DNA of 64,000 nt from an uncultured Chloroflexia bacterium (GTDB lineage Bacteria; Chloroflexota; Anaerolineae; CG2-30-64-16). A program made the translations under genes and the position numbers. Where the stretch lies: the NCBI GenBank assembly GCA_963810095.1, contig CAWEMM010000009.1, forward strand, positions 128,001 through 192,000, written 5' to 3'. Positions 1 to 9,780 of this stretch are shown piece after piece. The notes beneath the pieces are model-generated. The model made no database searches. It was given only the letters and a program-made list of their open reading frames with translations, and had not been told where the DNA came from. How positions within the stretch are numbered: the stretch's first letter is position 1; every line of letters begins with the position of its first letter.

Positions 1-261
1 GGGATCCACGCCGTCGCGCGGGTAGATGGCGATGATCTCGAGCGGCTCGGCGAGGCCGGCGAGGGTCTGCCGTGACTGCTCAGAGAGCGTAAAGACTTTC
101 CCGGCCGTCATGTCAAACGCCCAGGGCACGCGGAACGCGATCAGTGTGGCGAGGGCTGCGATCGCGACGACCAGCACCACGACAATGAGCGAGGTCAGCA
201 CGAAGCGTCGCTTCTGGGCCGGCACTGCGCCGGGGTTAACTGTCTTCACGTCTTTGGTCAT
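1..261 (-). CDS. N-terminal part of a GldG-like ABC accessory membrane protein (runs off the window start)
   Basis: ATG at 259-261 overlaps the stop of the upstream permease; reads MTKDVKTVNPGAVPAQKRRFVLTSLIVVVLVVAIAALATLIAFRVPWAFDMTAGKVFTLS, i.e. a TM helix followed by the D-x-T-x4-(F/Y)TLS motif typical of GldG; follows GldA/GldF-like genes. Confidence 0.7.
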   Translation of the reverse strand, partial: MTKDVKTVNPGAVPAQKRRFVLTSLIVVVLVVAIAALATLIAFRVPWAFDMTAGKVFTLSEQSRQTLAGLAEPLEIIAIYPRDGVDP

Positions 262-962
262 GCCAAGCGCCTGCGGTCGAGACTGACGACGGCCAGGCAG
301 AGAAATACTGCCGCAAAGCCGATGAAATACACCACCGGGCCAGGCCGGAAGATGCCGCGGATGAACTCGTCGTACTGGCGGGTCAGCGCCAGCGCAGACA
401 GGACCTGCGAAACGACCGGGATCTGGAGGCTGCGGCCCACCGAACCCGCCAGCACCAACCCCACGAGGGCCCCGAACGAGAAGATGGCTGCGGTCACGTA
501 ATTGTCGGCCAGCGAAGACGTAAAGGTGCAGACGGCAATGAAAGCCGCGCCGAGCAGGAAGAAGCCGATGTACGAGCCGGCGATGGCGCTCATGTACGGG
601 AAACCGTAGATCTTGAGCATCACCACGTAGACACCAGTCACAGCCAGCGCCGCCAGGAAGACAAAGCACGCGGCCAGGTACTTACCGAGCACGATTTGGG
701 TGCTCGACACACGGGAATTCAGCAGGAACGGCTCGATGCCAAAACGGCGCTCGTCCGCGAACATCTTGATCGTCAATACGGGAAAGATCATGAAGGAGAT
801 ATTCGAGAACAGCCCGAACATGCCGTTGAGGTCACCACCACCGCCGATCAGGTTATACGTGGTGAAGATGACGCCCGAGAGCAGCAGGAAAATCCCCATG
901 AAGATGAACCCGAACGGCGTCGAGAAATAGCCTGCGATTTCTTTCTTCAGTATGAGAATCAT
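258..962 (-). CDS. ABC-2 type transporter permease (GldF-like)
   Basis: Six hydrophobic segments; ADERRFGIEPFLL and IVLGKYLA motifs of ABC-2 permeases. Confidence 0.85.
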   Translation of the reverse strand: MILILKKEIAGYFSTPFGFIFMGIFLLLSGVIFTTYNLIGGGGDLNGMFGLFSNISFMIFPVLTIKMFADERRFGIEPFLLNSRVSSTQIVLGKYLAACFVFLAALAVTGVYVVMLKIYGFPYMSAIAGSYIGFFLLGAAFIAVCTFTSSLADNYVTAAIFSFGALVGLVLAGSVGRSLQIPVVSQVLSALALTRQYDEFIRGIFRPGPVVYFIGFAAVFLCLAVVSLDRRRLA

Positions 963-1005
963 CGTCTCGCATGTCTCCGGGTGCGGCGGCGCGCTGCACC
1001 GCGCA

Positions 1006-1947
1006 CTACGCTGTGACTTCCAGGAAAATCTCTTCGAGGGCGTTGCCCATCGAGCGGAGCTCTACGATCGGCATATCGCGGGCTGCCAGCCGTCGGAATA
1101 TCGCCTCTCGCACCGCGTTGTCGACCGTGCCGCTCACCATGAAGCGGCTGTAGCCGTCCGGTTCGCCGGAAGGTCCTTCGATGGCTCGAACCTCACTCAC
1201 ACCGGGCGTACTGCTCAGCACCTGGGCCACCTCGGCGGCGGGCCCCTTGACCCGGATCGTGAAGGATTTGCCGCCGCGCTCCAGGTTTTCGATGCTGTCG
1301 TCGAGAATCAGGCGCCCGCCGCTGATAATCAGGACCCGCCGGCAGATCGACATCACCTCGGGCAGGATGTGTGAGCTCAGGATGACGGTGTGATCGTGCG
1401 ACAGGCCCTTGATCAGGTCACGCACCTCGGTGATCTGCTTGGGGTCCAGCCCCACCGTGGGCTCGTCGAGGATCAGTACGGGCGGAAAGCCGATCAGGGC
1501 CTGCGCCAGGCCAACCCGCTGCCGATACCCCTTCGAGAGGTTCTTGATCAACCGGCCCTTGACATGGTCGATCGCGGTCATTTCCATGATCTTGCGGATG
1601 TGGGCGGGGCGCTCCTTCGAGTGAACGCCCCGGACCCCGGCAAAGAAGGCCAGGTAGCTGCTCACGTCCATGTCCGGATAGAGCGGCGGTATCTCGGGCA
1701 GGAACCCCACTTGGCGGGCGGCGTCCCTGGGCCGGGCAACCGCGTCGACGCCTTCGATGCTGATCGAGCCGGCGCTGGGCAGCATCTGGCTGGCAAGCAT
1801 CTTGAGGATCGTGGTCTTGCCGGCGCCGTTCGGACCCAGCAGGCCCACGGCGCCGGACCCCGGTCCGCCGCTTTCGATGCAGAAGCTGACGTTCATCACG
1901 CCCGGCTTGTCGCCGTAGTACTTGGTCAGCCCCTTGACTTCAATCAT
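1006..1947 (-). CDS. ABC transporter ATP-binding protein (GldA-like)
   Basis: Walker A GPNGAGKTT, signature LSKGYRQR, Walker B LILDEPT, H-loop SSH. Confidence 0.93.
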   Translation of the reverse strand: MIEVKGLTKYYGDKPGVMNVSFCIESGGPGSGAVGLLGPNGAGKTTILKMLASQMLPSAGSISIEGVDAVARPRDAARQVGFLPEIPPLYPDMDVSSYLAFFAGVRGVHSKERPAHIRKIMEMTAIDHVKGRLIKNLSKGYRQRVGLAQALIGFPPVLILDEPTVGLDPKQITEVRDLIKGLSHDHTVILSSHILPEVMSICRRVLIISGGRLILDDSIENLERGGKSFTIRVKGPAAEVAQVLSSTPGVSEVRAIEGPSGEPDGYSRFMVSGTVDNAVREAIFRRLAARDMPIVELRSMGNALEEIFLEVTA

Positions 1948-1981
1948 GAAGATGCTCCGGTGACTGGGTTGCCACGACCGC

Positions 1982-3529
1982 TTATGCCTGGAACCACTTC
2001 TGGACGAGCCCGGCCTGCGCGTCGTATGCGGGCTTGAGCGTCGGGTAGAGCGAGCGGTAGGTCTGGTAGAACTCCTCGTACTGCGCCACGTTCCTACCGA
2101 TCGGGTTCGTGCAGCTGACGATCTTGACGATGCTGTCGCACGCCTCGCCCACCGACCGGTAGGCGCCTGCGCCCACTGCGGCCATAATCGCTGCCCCCGC
2201 CGACGGGCCTTCCTCGAGGTTGGTCGTTACGACCGAGGCATTGAATATGTCGGCCTGCATCTGGCGCCACAGTTCGCTCTTGGCCCCGCCACCCGACGCA
2301 CGGACCTCGTCAACTTGGACGTCGAACTCGCGGAGGATTTCGATGGTGTCGCGCAGTGAATACGTAACACCCTCCATCACCGAGCGGCAGATTTCGCCCA
2401 GTCCGTGCCGGTAGGAGAGGCCGAAGAAGACGCCACGGGCGTTTTCGTCGGGGTAGGGCGTGCGCTCGCCGTTCAGGTAGGGGAGGAACAGCAGGCCCTC
2501 GGCGGTCGGCTGGGACTGCGCCGCCAATGCGGTCATCACGTCGTAGACGTCTTTGCCCTCGGCTGCCAGCGCGGCCTTGGAGTCCGCGAAGACGGTATCG
2601 CGCAGCCACTTGAAGGAGCCGCCCGCGGCGAGCGTGCAGCCGAAGAAGCTCCAGGTGTTGGGCGCCGAGTGGCAGAAGGCCAGCGCCGCCCGGCGCTGCC
2701 GGTCCGCAATCACCTTGTCGGTGACCGCGTACACGACGCCCGACGTCCCGATCGTCGCGGAGACGACGCCGGCACGGTAGACGCCGTTGCCGATGCCCCC
2801 CGCGGGCTGGTCGCCCGCGCCGCCCACAACCGGGATGCCGGGTCGCAGTCCCAGATGATCGGCAAGCCCGGGCCGCAAATGGCCCACGACGTCGCAGGAC
2901 TCGTAGATGTGCTGCGGAACAATATCTTTCGGCAGGTCGCACGCCTCGAACATCTCGTCCGACCAGGTGCGCTTCCCCACGTCCATCAGGAACGAACCCG
3001 ACGCGTCGGTCACTTCGACGCTCGGCTCTCCGGTGAGAACCAGCTTGACGTAATCCTTGGGGAAGAGCACCATGCGGGTCTTTTCGAAGATGTCCGGCCG
3101 GTGCTTCTTGACCCACATGAGCTTCGGCGCCCAGTAGCCGGTCAGGCAGTAGTTCGCCGTAATATCGAGCATCGGATCGATGCCCAAGCGCGCTTCGATG
3201 ACATCACGCTCTTCCGTCGCGCGTTGGTCGAGCCAGATCATGCAGTTGCCGATGGGTTCGAGGTCCTTGTCGAGCATGGTATTGCCCAACATCTGCCCGG
3301 TGAGGCCGATGGCCGCAACTTCCGCCCCGCGGCCGCTCTTCGCCACGGCTTCGCAGATAGCATAGTCGCACGCGGTCCACCACTCGTTTGGGTCCTGCTC
3401 GACCCAGCCGGGCCTGGGGGTGATCAGGTTCACTTCCTTGTAGCCCAGGCCGAGCGTTTTGCCGGCTTCGTCGATGACGATGGCCTTCACGCCGCTGGTG
3501 CCCGCATCGATACCCAGGAAACAAGCCAT
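1982..3529 (-). CDS. xylB: xylulokinase / FGGY carbohydrate kinase
   Basis: LGIDAGTSGVK, GAGDQ, FLPYLNGERTP and ASGGGAKS motifs; start chosen at MACFLGID. Confidence 0.85.
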   Translation of the reverse strand: MACFLGIDAGTSGVKAIVIDEAGKTLGLGYKEVNLITPRPGWVEQDPNEWWTACDYAICEAVAKSGRGAEVAAIGLTGQMLGNTMLDKDLEPIGNCMIWLDQRATEERDVIEARLGIDPMLDITANYCLTGYWAPKLMWVKKHRPDIFEKTRMVLFPKDYVKLVLTGEPSVEVTDASGSFLMDVGKRTWSDEMFEACDLPKDIVPQHIYESCDVVGHLRPGLADHLGLRPGIPVVGGAGDQPAGGIGNGVYRAGVVSATIGTSGVVYAVTDKVIADRQRRAALAFCHSAPNTWSFFGCTLAAGGSFKWLRDTVFADSKAALAAEGKDVYDVMTALAAQSQPTAEGLLFLPYLNGERTPYPDENARGVFFGLSYRHGLGEICRSVMEGVTYSLRDTIEILREFDVQVDEVRASGGGAKSELWRQMQADIFNASVVTTNLEEGPSAGAAIMAAVGAGAYRSVGEACDSIVKIVSCTNPIGRNVAQYEEFYQTYRSLYPTLKPAYDAQAGLVQKWFQA

Positions 3530-3610
3530 GTGTGCGTCCCTCTCTGCCATGCAGGGGCGAAGCGTTCGCAAAGTCGCGTTCGGCGGTTCGAACGCCTCGC
3601 CCCCACAATG

Positions 3611-4780
3611 CTAGGCGGCCAGCTCGAACATCTTCTCGACCTTGTTCAGGTCGTACACATCGCCCAGGCCCCACTTCTGCGCGGTGATCACGGCGTCGGG
3701 CGCCATCTTCTCGACGCCGTCTTCCGGAATCCCAGCCTCGGCCAGCGTCACAGGGGTGCCGATCTTCACGAACCACGCCTCGAGCGCGGCAATGCCGGCT
3801 TCGGCCGCGGCCCGGTCGTCGATCTCGCTGACCTTGAAGACCTCGCGCGCAAACTCGGCGAACTTCTTGGTCTTGGTGTCGAGGAAGTACCGCATGGTGG
3901 CGAGGATCGTGACGGACATCGATGCGCCATGCGGCGTATCGTAGAAGTTGCTCAACGAGTGGCCGAGGACATGGATCGTCATGTCGAAGGGGCCGAGCCC
4001 GTTCGGATAGAATCCGTTCCACGCCCACGAGGCGGTCCACATCATCTGCGCACGCGCTTCTTTGTCCGCAGGATCGACCAGCAGGCGATCCATGCACTCC
4101 ATGATCGTGCGGATACTTGCCTGGGAGTAGTGATCCTGGAACGGCGCCCAGTCGACGCTGTGCCCGAAGTACGCTTCGAGCAGGTGCGAGATGATGTCGG
4201 CCGCGGAGTAGGCGGTCTGGCGCAGGGGGATCGTGTAGGTTAGCTCGGGGTCGAGGATTGCGACCTTGGGGCGCATCAGGGGGCTGCCGAAGCCGTCCTT
4301 CCGCTGGAGCTCCATATTGGACATGACGGAAACGTTGTTGAGCTCCGAGCTGGTCGCCGGAATCGTGACCACTGCGATGACAGGCAGTGATCCGGTAATG
4401 GGCGCAGCGCCGACCGCCAGGTCCCACGGGTCGCCGTCGTACATGTACCCGACGCCGACGAACTTGGCTTCGTCGATAACGCTGCCGCCGCCCAGCGCGA
4501 TAATCACGTCGGGCCGGTTTTCTCGGGCGACCGCGAGAACATTGCGCGCATGTTCCACCGTCGGGTTGCTCTTGACGCCGAAGCACGCGATCAACTCGAC
4601 GCCGGCCGCCCCGCAACTATCCGCAACCTTCTGGTAGAGGCCCAGTTGCTTCACCAGGCCCTCGTCGTATGAGAGCAGGAGCGCCTTCTTGCCGAAGCCG
4701 GCCGCAACCTCTCCCACCCTGGCTACCACACCCTCGCCAAAAATCGCGTTGGTTGGCATCGAGAACTCAAAAGGGTACAT
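3611..4780 (-). CDS. iron-containing alcohol dehydrogenase (BdhA/YqhD-like)
   Basis: ALGGGSVID, TIPATSSE, ILDPELT and GHSLS...PHG motifs. Confidence 0.88.
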   Translation of the reverse strand: MYPFEFSMPTNAIFGEGVVARVGEVAAGFGKKALLLSYDEGLVKQLGLYQKVADSCGAAGVELIACFGVKSNPTVEHARNVLAVARENRPDVIIALGGGSVIDEAKFVGVGYMYDGDPWDLAVGAAPITGSLPVIAVVTIPATSSELNNVSVMSNMELQRKDGFGSPLMRPKVAILDPELTYTIPLRQTAYSAADIISHLLEAYFGHSVDWAPFQDHYSQASIRTIMECMDRLLVDPADKEARAQMMWTASWAWNGFYPNGLGPFDMTIHVLGHSLSNFYDTPHGASMSVTILATMRYFLDTKTKKFAEFAREVFKVSEIDDRAAAEAGIAALEAWFVKIGTPVTLAEAGIPEDGVEKMAPDAVITAQKWGLGDVYDLNKVEKMFELAA

Positions 4781-4834
4781 GCTGCTTTTCTCCTTCGTCG
4801 GGTCTAGCGTTATTCACTTGTTCGGACCGCGCTG

Positions 4835-5743
4835 CTAAGCGCGTGCCGCGCTTTGGTCTTTGTAGATGCGTTCGGGAAGGCCCGGCACGTCGGCCCGGCC
4901 CACAAATATGCCGCCCGCGCCGCGTTCGAAGTCGGCGTCGCCTTCCGGCAGCCAGAACTTGGAGGTTGCCACGTAGAGGTCGCGCATGTCTTCGCCGCCG
5001 AAGCCGGGGCAGCAGACATGCTTGACCGGGAGATCGAGGTTCTTGACGCGGGTATAGTCCTGCAGGCTCCACACCGAGATGATCCGCTTGTCGCTCCAGT
5101 GGGCCACATAGAGGTGATCGTTCACATCCAGCGCGGCCCCATCCGGCATGTCCTCGAACTGGATGACCACCTGGGGCTCGCCGCTGGGGCCGTGCTCCAC
5201 CGAGTAATCCCACCGCAGGAGGACCTTGTTCCAGGTGTCCACGACGTACATGCCCGCGTCCTTGCTGTCGAACAGGATCGTGTTGTACTGCACGACCTTG
5301 TCCACCAGCGTCACGACGGCGCCGTCCACGTCGACCATGTAGAACTTGCCTGCCATTTTGTCAGGGTCGAAGTGGGGTTCGGGGTAGAACTTCGAGACAG
5401 TGCTGGTGTAGATGCGGCCCGCGGCGTCGCAGCGAGTGTCGTTATAGCGGAACTCGCCGGTGTTCGGCTGGGGCGCCGCCACCAACTCCAACCTGCCGGT
5501 AGCGAAGTCGAGCAGCATCAGCCCGTCGTCGACGGCGACCAGCAGCCGGCCAGGAGTCTCGCAGGGGATGGCGGAGCCAATGACGCCGGCGGTAGGGGTG
5601 CATTCGTCCTTCCCCGTCTGGGGGTCGTAGCGGTGCACCGTGCCTTCGAACAAGTCGGTCCAGTAGAGCTGCTTGAGGCGGGGGTCCCAGATGGGGGTCT
5701 CCGCCAGCACGACGCGGGAGTCGATCGCCAGTTCAAACGCCAT
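4835..5743 (-). CDS. SMP-30/gluconolactonase family protein (sugar lactonase)
   Basis: LAETPIWD, RYNDTRCD and MPDGAALD motifs; RBS GAGGAGG before MAFELAID. Confidence 0.88.
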   Translation of the reverse strand: MAFELAIDSRVVLAETPIWDPRLKQLYWTDLFEGTVHRYDPQTGKDECTPTAGVIGSAIPCETPGRLLVAVDDGLMLLDFATGRLELVAAPQPNTGEFRYNDTRCDAAGRIYTSTVSKFYPEPHFDPDKMAGKFYMVDVDGAVVTLVDKVVQYNTILFDSKDAGMYVVDTWNKVLLRWDYSVEHGPSGEPQVVIQFEDMPDGAALDVNDHLYVAHWSDKRIISVWSLQDYTRVKNLDLPVKHVCCPGFGGEDMRDLYVATSKFWLPEGDADFERGAGGIFVGRADVPGLPERIYKDQSAARA

Positions 5744-5831
5744 GACAGCCTCCTCGCTGCACTTGATCGGGAGTTCATGGATAACGATCTGGAAATATGG
5801 GAACCGGGTTGAAGTATGCCGGAGGTGCAAT

Positions 5832-5890
5832 TCACATTTGTAATCTGGAATTACATATGTGAGAATAGCACGAGGAAAGCTGGCTGTCAA
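5832..5890 (-). promoter_or_regulatory. sigma70 promoter with an adjacent inverted-repeat operator
   Basis: Minus strand TTGACA (5885-5890), 17 nt, TATTCT (5862-5867); directly downstream is the inverted repeat TCACATTTGTAAT-N5-ATTACATATGTGA (5832-5862). Confidence 0.75.
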
Positions 5891-5966
5891 GTCCCAGTTT
5901 TGGGGCCTCTCGCCAGGCAACAACCTGCCGGTAGGCTGCCTAGAGGGGCGTTAGGAAAGCAGGACG

Positions 5967-7079
5967 TTACGGGGCGGGTTGCGGTGCCCGACTCAACCCC
6001 TGGACCTCGGGCTTCCCGTTCTGCCAATCCAGCCGCGCCAGGTCCATGAAGCGATACCCCGCGGCAGACCAGCTGTGGAAGAGCAACCACGTGCCTCCCT
6101 CGCGGTCGAGCACCACGTCCTGTCCGCCTGGTCCCACGATGCCTGCGCCGACGGTCGTCTCGAGCAAGGGCTCGCTCGCTTTGACATAAGGCCCCAGGGG
6201 CGCATCCGCAACCGCGTACCCGGTCGCATAGCGGGGCGTGTTGAAGCTGTTGGCCGAGTAGAAGAGATAGTACCTGCCGTCCCGTTTCCATAAGGTCGGC
6301 GCCTCAACCAGCACGCCTTCCCACGCCTTGTCGGCCGTGAGCAGCCGGGCAGGCTCGGCCGTCAGCGACATGCCGTCGGGGGCCAGGGGCTGGATGTAGA
6401 TCCAAGTCTGCCTGCCGCCTGAATTGCCGTCGTTTTTCCACAGCAGGTATGCCTGGCCGTCGTCGTCCACGAACGTCGCCGGGTCGATCGAGCCGCCCTC
6501 ACTCTCCTGGCAGATCAACGGCCGGTCGCCCGCGGGCTGGAAGGGGCCTTCCGGCTTGGGGCTGGTTGCCACCCCAATACACTGCACGCCTCCGGCCGCG
6601 CCGGCTGGCAAACGAGCGGTAAAGTACATGACGTAGGGCCCGTCTTTATGGGGGCGCCACACTTCCGGCGCCCACGCCCAGCCAAAAGTCTGCGCTGCCC
6701 AGCGCGGCAGCTTCGGCAGGGCATCGTTGAGCGTGTCCCAGTGGACCAGGTCGGCGGAGCGTGCGACCTGGATATTGTGGCCGTTGCCGTTGGTTGCGTA
6801 CGCATAGTACTGCCCGTCGACCTGCAAGGTGTCCGGATCTGGGAAATCGCGGTTGAGGACAGGATTCCGGTAAGTGCCCGGTGCGAGGGTGGGCGGGGCA
6901 GACGGCGGCTGCGAGGCCGGCGCGGCGGGGCGCTCGACCGCGCTGGCGGCGACAGGCGCGGGCGTCAGGGCCGCCGCGGCCGGGCCGGCGCACCCTGCCA
7001 ATGCAAGGGCGAACGCGAACACCAGATACAAAGGCGCCACGATCCGTGGCGGCAGACCTCTCACCTGGCCCCCGCGCAT
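5967..7079 (-). CDS. glycoside hydrolase family 43 lipoprotein
   Basis: Lipobox LAGC; NPVLNRDFPDP, WAWAPEV, SIDPATF and VEAP catalytic motifs. Confidence 0.9.
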   Translation of the reverse strand: MRGGQVRGLPPRIVAPLYLVFAFALALAGCAGPAAAALTPAPVAASAVERPAAPASQPPSAPPTLAPGTYRNPVLNRDFPDPDTLQVDGQYYAYATNGNGHNIQVARSADLVHWDTLNDALPKLPRWAAQTFGWAWAPEVWRPHKDGPYVMYFTARLPAGAAGGVQCIGVATSPKPEGPFQPAGDRPLICQESEGGSIDPATFVDDDGQAYLLWKNDGNSGGRQTWIYIQPLAPDGMSLTAEPARLLTADKAWEGVLVEAPTLWKRDGRYYLFYSANSFNTPRYATGYAVADAPLGPYVKASEPLLETTVGAGIVGPGGQDVVLDREGGTWLLFHSWSAAGYRFMDLARLDWQNGKPEVQGLSRAPQPAP

Positions 7080-7121
7080 GGGAAGATGGAGCGATCGGAA
7101 GCGGCGTCTCCCGGCCGGCGC

Positions 7122-8069
7122 TCAGGAAAAGAGAGGCTGCTCACCGGGGTCCTTTGGGCGGGCGCTGCCCAGGTAGTCCGCGATCTTTTCCAGCACGGCA
7201 GCCTCCACGGCAGCCTCTGCCGACGCCAGAAGCTCGGGGGGCAGCGCGGCCAGTGCCGCGTTGCTCGTGCGCTCGGGCAGCCCCAGGGCCTGCAGCATAG
7301 CAAGCTCGAGGTCGGTGGCGATGTTCACCTTGCTCACCCCGCCCCCCGGCAGCCGCACCGCCGCACGGATCATCCCGGCTGGCACGCCGGAGCCGCCGTG
7401 CAGCACCAGATGCACGGGTCGTGAGCGGGCGGCCCGGGTGAGGCGGCGGATCTCGGCCAAGCGGGCGAGGTCGATGTGCGGCCGGCGGACCTTATACACC
7501 CCGTGGGCGGTGCCCACGGAGATGGCGAGCGCATCGACGTCCGTTTCGGCCACAAACTCCGCGGCTTCGTCCGGCGCCGTATACAGCTCGTCGTCCGCTT
7601 CGGTCTCCACCTGGTCCGACGAGAAGATGCGGCCCAGCTCTCCCTCCACCGAGACGCCGCGGGCGTGTGCGAAGGCGACGACCTCGCGCGTCCGCCGGCT
7701 GTTTTCGGCAAGAACGCAGTCCGACCGGTCGATCATGACCGACGTGAACCCCGCCGCGATGGCTTCTTCAATCATCGCAGGGTCGCGGGTGTGGTCGAGG
7801 TGCAGCACGACGGGGACGGTAATCCTCTCGTCGCTGAGCGCCGCGTAAAATTCGCCCGCGAAGTCGGTGGGGCTAGAGTCGAACCAGCGGAGCTCGTTGG
7901 CCGAAATCTGGACGATCAGCGGCGTGGCGGCCCGTTCGCCGGCACGTAGAACCGGTCGGATCATGGCGAGGTAGCGCGGCGAGAAGGAACCCACCGCATA
8001 TTCCCCGGCTTCTGCGAGGGGCAGGACTTCTCGCAGAGTTACCACGTTCCCTTGCTCGTTTCGTTTCAC
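7122..8069 (-). CDS. class II fructose/tagatose-bisphosphate aldolase
   Basis: VLHLDH, SVMID, GTAHG, LVLHGGSG and KVNIAT motifs. Confidence 0.9.
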   Translation of the reverse strand: MKRNEQGNVVTLREVLPLAEAGEYAVGSFSPRYLAMIRPVLRAGERAATPLIVQISANELRWFDSSPTDFAGEFYAALSDERITVPVVLHLDHTRDPAMIEEAIAAGFTSVMIDRSDCVLAENSRRTREVVAFAHARGVSVEGELGRIFSSDQVETEADDELYTAPDEAAEFVAETDVDALAISVGTAHGVYKVRRPHIDLARLAEIRRLTRAARSRPVHLVLHGGSGVPAGMIRAAVRLPGGGVSKVNIATDLELAMLQALGLPERTSNAALAALPPELLASAEAAVEAAVLEKIADYLGSARPKDPGEQPLFS

Positions 8070-8338
8070 ACTAAGCTGCCTCTCGTCGAAGATTTCGCCG
8101 GCGCGCGGTCACAGCCTTTGATATCGCGGCCGGCGCCAAGCATCCCTATGATAACTGCAGGTTCCGGTATGGCGGCGTCTTGCAGATTACTTTTGCCCGA
8201 CGCCATCCTGTTGTCATTCGTGATTGTGTCGAGCGCGAGTGGTGGGCGGCTGGAATGGGGTCCCGGGGGCAGGTGGGGGGCAGGCACGCCAGAATTAAGG
8301 TCTTGCTCTGGCGTGCCTCCCCGAGGCTTCGACGGCTG

Positions 8339-8572
8339 TCAGGCCAGCGGCAGGCCGGTCTGAGCGCCCGGGGTGGACGGGTGGCTGGGCAGCACCGGCC
8401 CAAGCGGGCGGCCCGACTCCTCGCCGCTCAGCGTACTGAGGGCCTTTTCGGAAGTCCAGGCCGGCGCCGCGGGAACGACGGCGGGCCGAGGCAGCGATTC
8501 GGCGCCCATGCTCAGCGCAAGGGCGAGCAGCGCGGCGATCAATGCGGTGCGAGAGCGAGCGATCCGTTTCAT
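8339..8572 (-). CDS. small secreted hypothetical protein (77 aa)
   Basis: RBS GGAGGTGG, basic-hydrophobic signal-peptide-like N-terminus, consensus promoter upstream. Confidence 0.6.
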   Translation of the reverse strand: MKRIARSRTALIAALLALALSMGAESLPRPAVVPAAPAWTSEKALSTLSGEESGRPLGPVLPSHPSTPGAQTGLPLA

Positions 8573-8620
8573 GGTTCCACCTCCACTACTGACTCGATAC
8601 TATGTTAGACAGCTATACAT

Positions 8621-8670
8621 TCGAACATTTATATGGTCGAGAGTGTAGCGGATCGCGGCGTGTTTGTCAA
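8621..8670 (-). promoter_or_regulatory. sigma70 promoter with a palindromic operator
   Basis: Minus strand TTGACA (8665-8670), 17 nt, TACACT (8642-8647); imperfect 20-bp palindrome TCGAACATTTATATGGTCGA (8621-8640) over the predicted +1. Confidence 0.7.
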
Positions 8671-8736
8671 GAGGCAATTTGAAGCAGTTGCGGTGCGGCG
8701 GGCAGACCGCGCAGACGGGGGCAGATCAGCTGCGCT

Positions 8737-8839
8737 GGATAACGAGGGATGGAATCGCACACTGATTGAAGGGATCGGACTGATTATCACGATCTCTTTT
8801 CGGAGGGACAGTCCAGATCATTTCAATCAGTTGGATCAG
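8737..8839. repeat. dispersed palindromic repeat family B, copy 1
   Basis: Aligns with the reverse complement of 47349-47450; internal inverted repeat ACTGATTGAA/TTCAATCAGT. Confidence 0.75.
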
Positions 8840-8854
8840 ATGCTTGATGACGGA

Positions 8855-8914
8855 TTGGCGGGGGCGCTCTTGTCCCCGCCGCCCCCGACCAGGGGCTGCG
8901 CCCCTTGGAACCCC
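8855..8914. repeat. dispersed repeat family C, copy 1
   Basis: TTGGCGGGGGCGCT...CGACCAGGGGCTGCGCCCCTTGG also present at 60316-60378. Confidence 0.65.
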
Positions 8915-9150
8915 AAAGGCAACGCCGCGGATACGCGTTCGCCCGGATAGGTCATTGTACGGGGGATGATGCGGGGGCGGCAGGAACCATGCGTGTATTT
9001 GGTCGCCCTGGTGTGAGAGGCGAGCATGGTCAGGGCGGCACTGCGAGGGTCCCAACAGTCAAAAGGCGGCCGGCCGGACCTCGACAGGAAGCATGCCTCG
9101 CTTGCAGGGCCGGCCGACGATTTCGCTATGCTTGCACTGAACTAAGGAGG

Positions 9151-9780
9151 TTAGGGTCGCGTCATGCCGAGCGAAGCCGGAAAGCGCGTGTGCTCACCGG
9201 CAATCACGAACAGCATGTGCCGGTCCTCCACGGGGTGCAGGGTGCCAGAGGGAGGCGCGGGGGTCAGGTTGACGTCCCACCAGCGGCGGACGAACCACTT
9301 GAGGCTGAACACGCGGTCTTCGCCGCAGAAATCCGGATACGGATCGCGCAGGGTGATGCGGTCCTGCTCCACGTCGACGTGGGTGACGACGCTGTAGTGA
9401 CCGTAGTCGCCTACGGCAAAGTCCTCATCTTCCTCGCGCTCCTCGAAGAACCCCTGCCATTCCACGCCTGCAGGGCAGTGATGGTCGCGCACGACAGTCA
9501 CGAGGTCGTCGACGCTGGCTTGGTTCTTCCGCCACAGGCACACGCCCTCGCGCAGCCGCTCGACCGCCCGCGCCAGCTGATCCACACGCGCACCATGCAC
9601 GCTGATCGTTGCTTGCACCTGGGCCAACTCGGTGAGCCGCTCCTGGTTCGCCGAGACACCGTGATACGCGAGCAACATCTGCAAGACGGCAGGCCCGCAG
9701 TGGTATTCGGAGATCTGGCACACCCGGGGCAGCCGGGCCGGGCTAGCCGGGCTGGGAAGGGCCGTAGATGCGGCGGGCAT
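9151..9780 (-). CDS. C39-like (papain-fold) cysteine peptidase
   Basis: QISEYHCGPAVLQMLL (Q-x5-C), GHYSVV and LRDP catalytic motifs. Confidence 0.8.
   Translation of the reverse strand: MPAASTALPSPASPARLPRVCQISEYHCGPAVLQMLLAYHGVSANQERLTELAQVQATISVHGARVDQLARAVERLREGVCLWRKNQASVDDLVTVVRDHHCPAGVEWQGFFEEREEDEDFAVGDYGHYSVVTHVDVEQDRITLRDPYPDFCGEDRVFSLKWFVRRWWDVNLTPAPPSGTLHPVEDRHMLFVIAGEHTRFPASLGMTRP

Noticed and set aside
2405-4243. Long antisense or alternate-frame ORFs (also 15116-16804, 17021-18904, 21196-22926, 48749-50176)
   Set aside because: They are shadow ORFs of well-supported genes in high-GC DNA and show no recognisable motifs.
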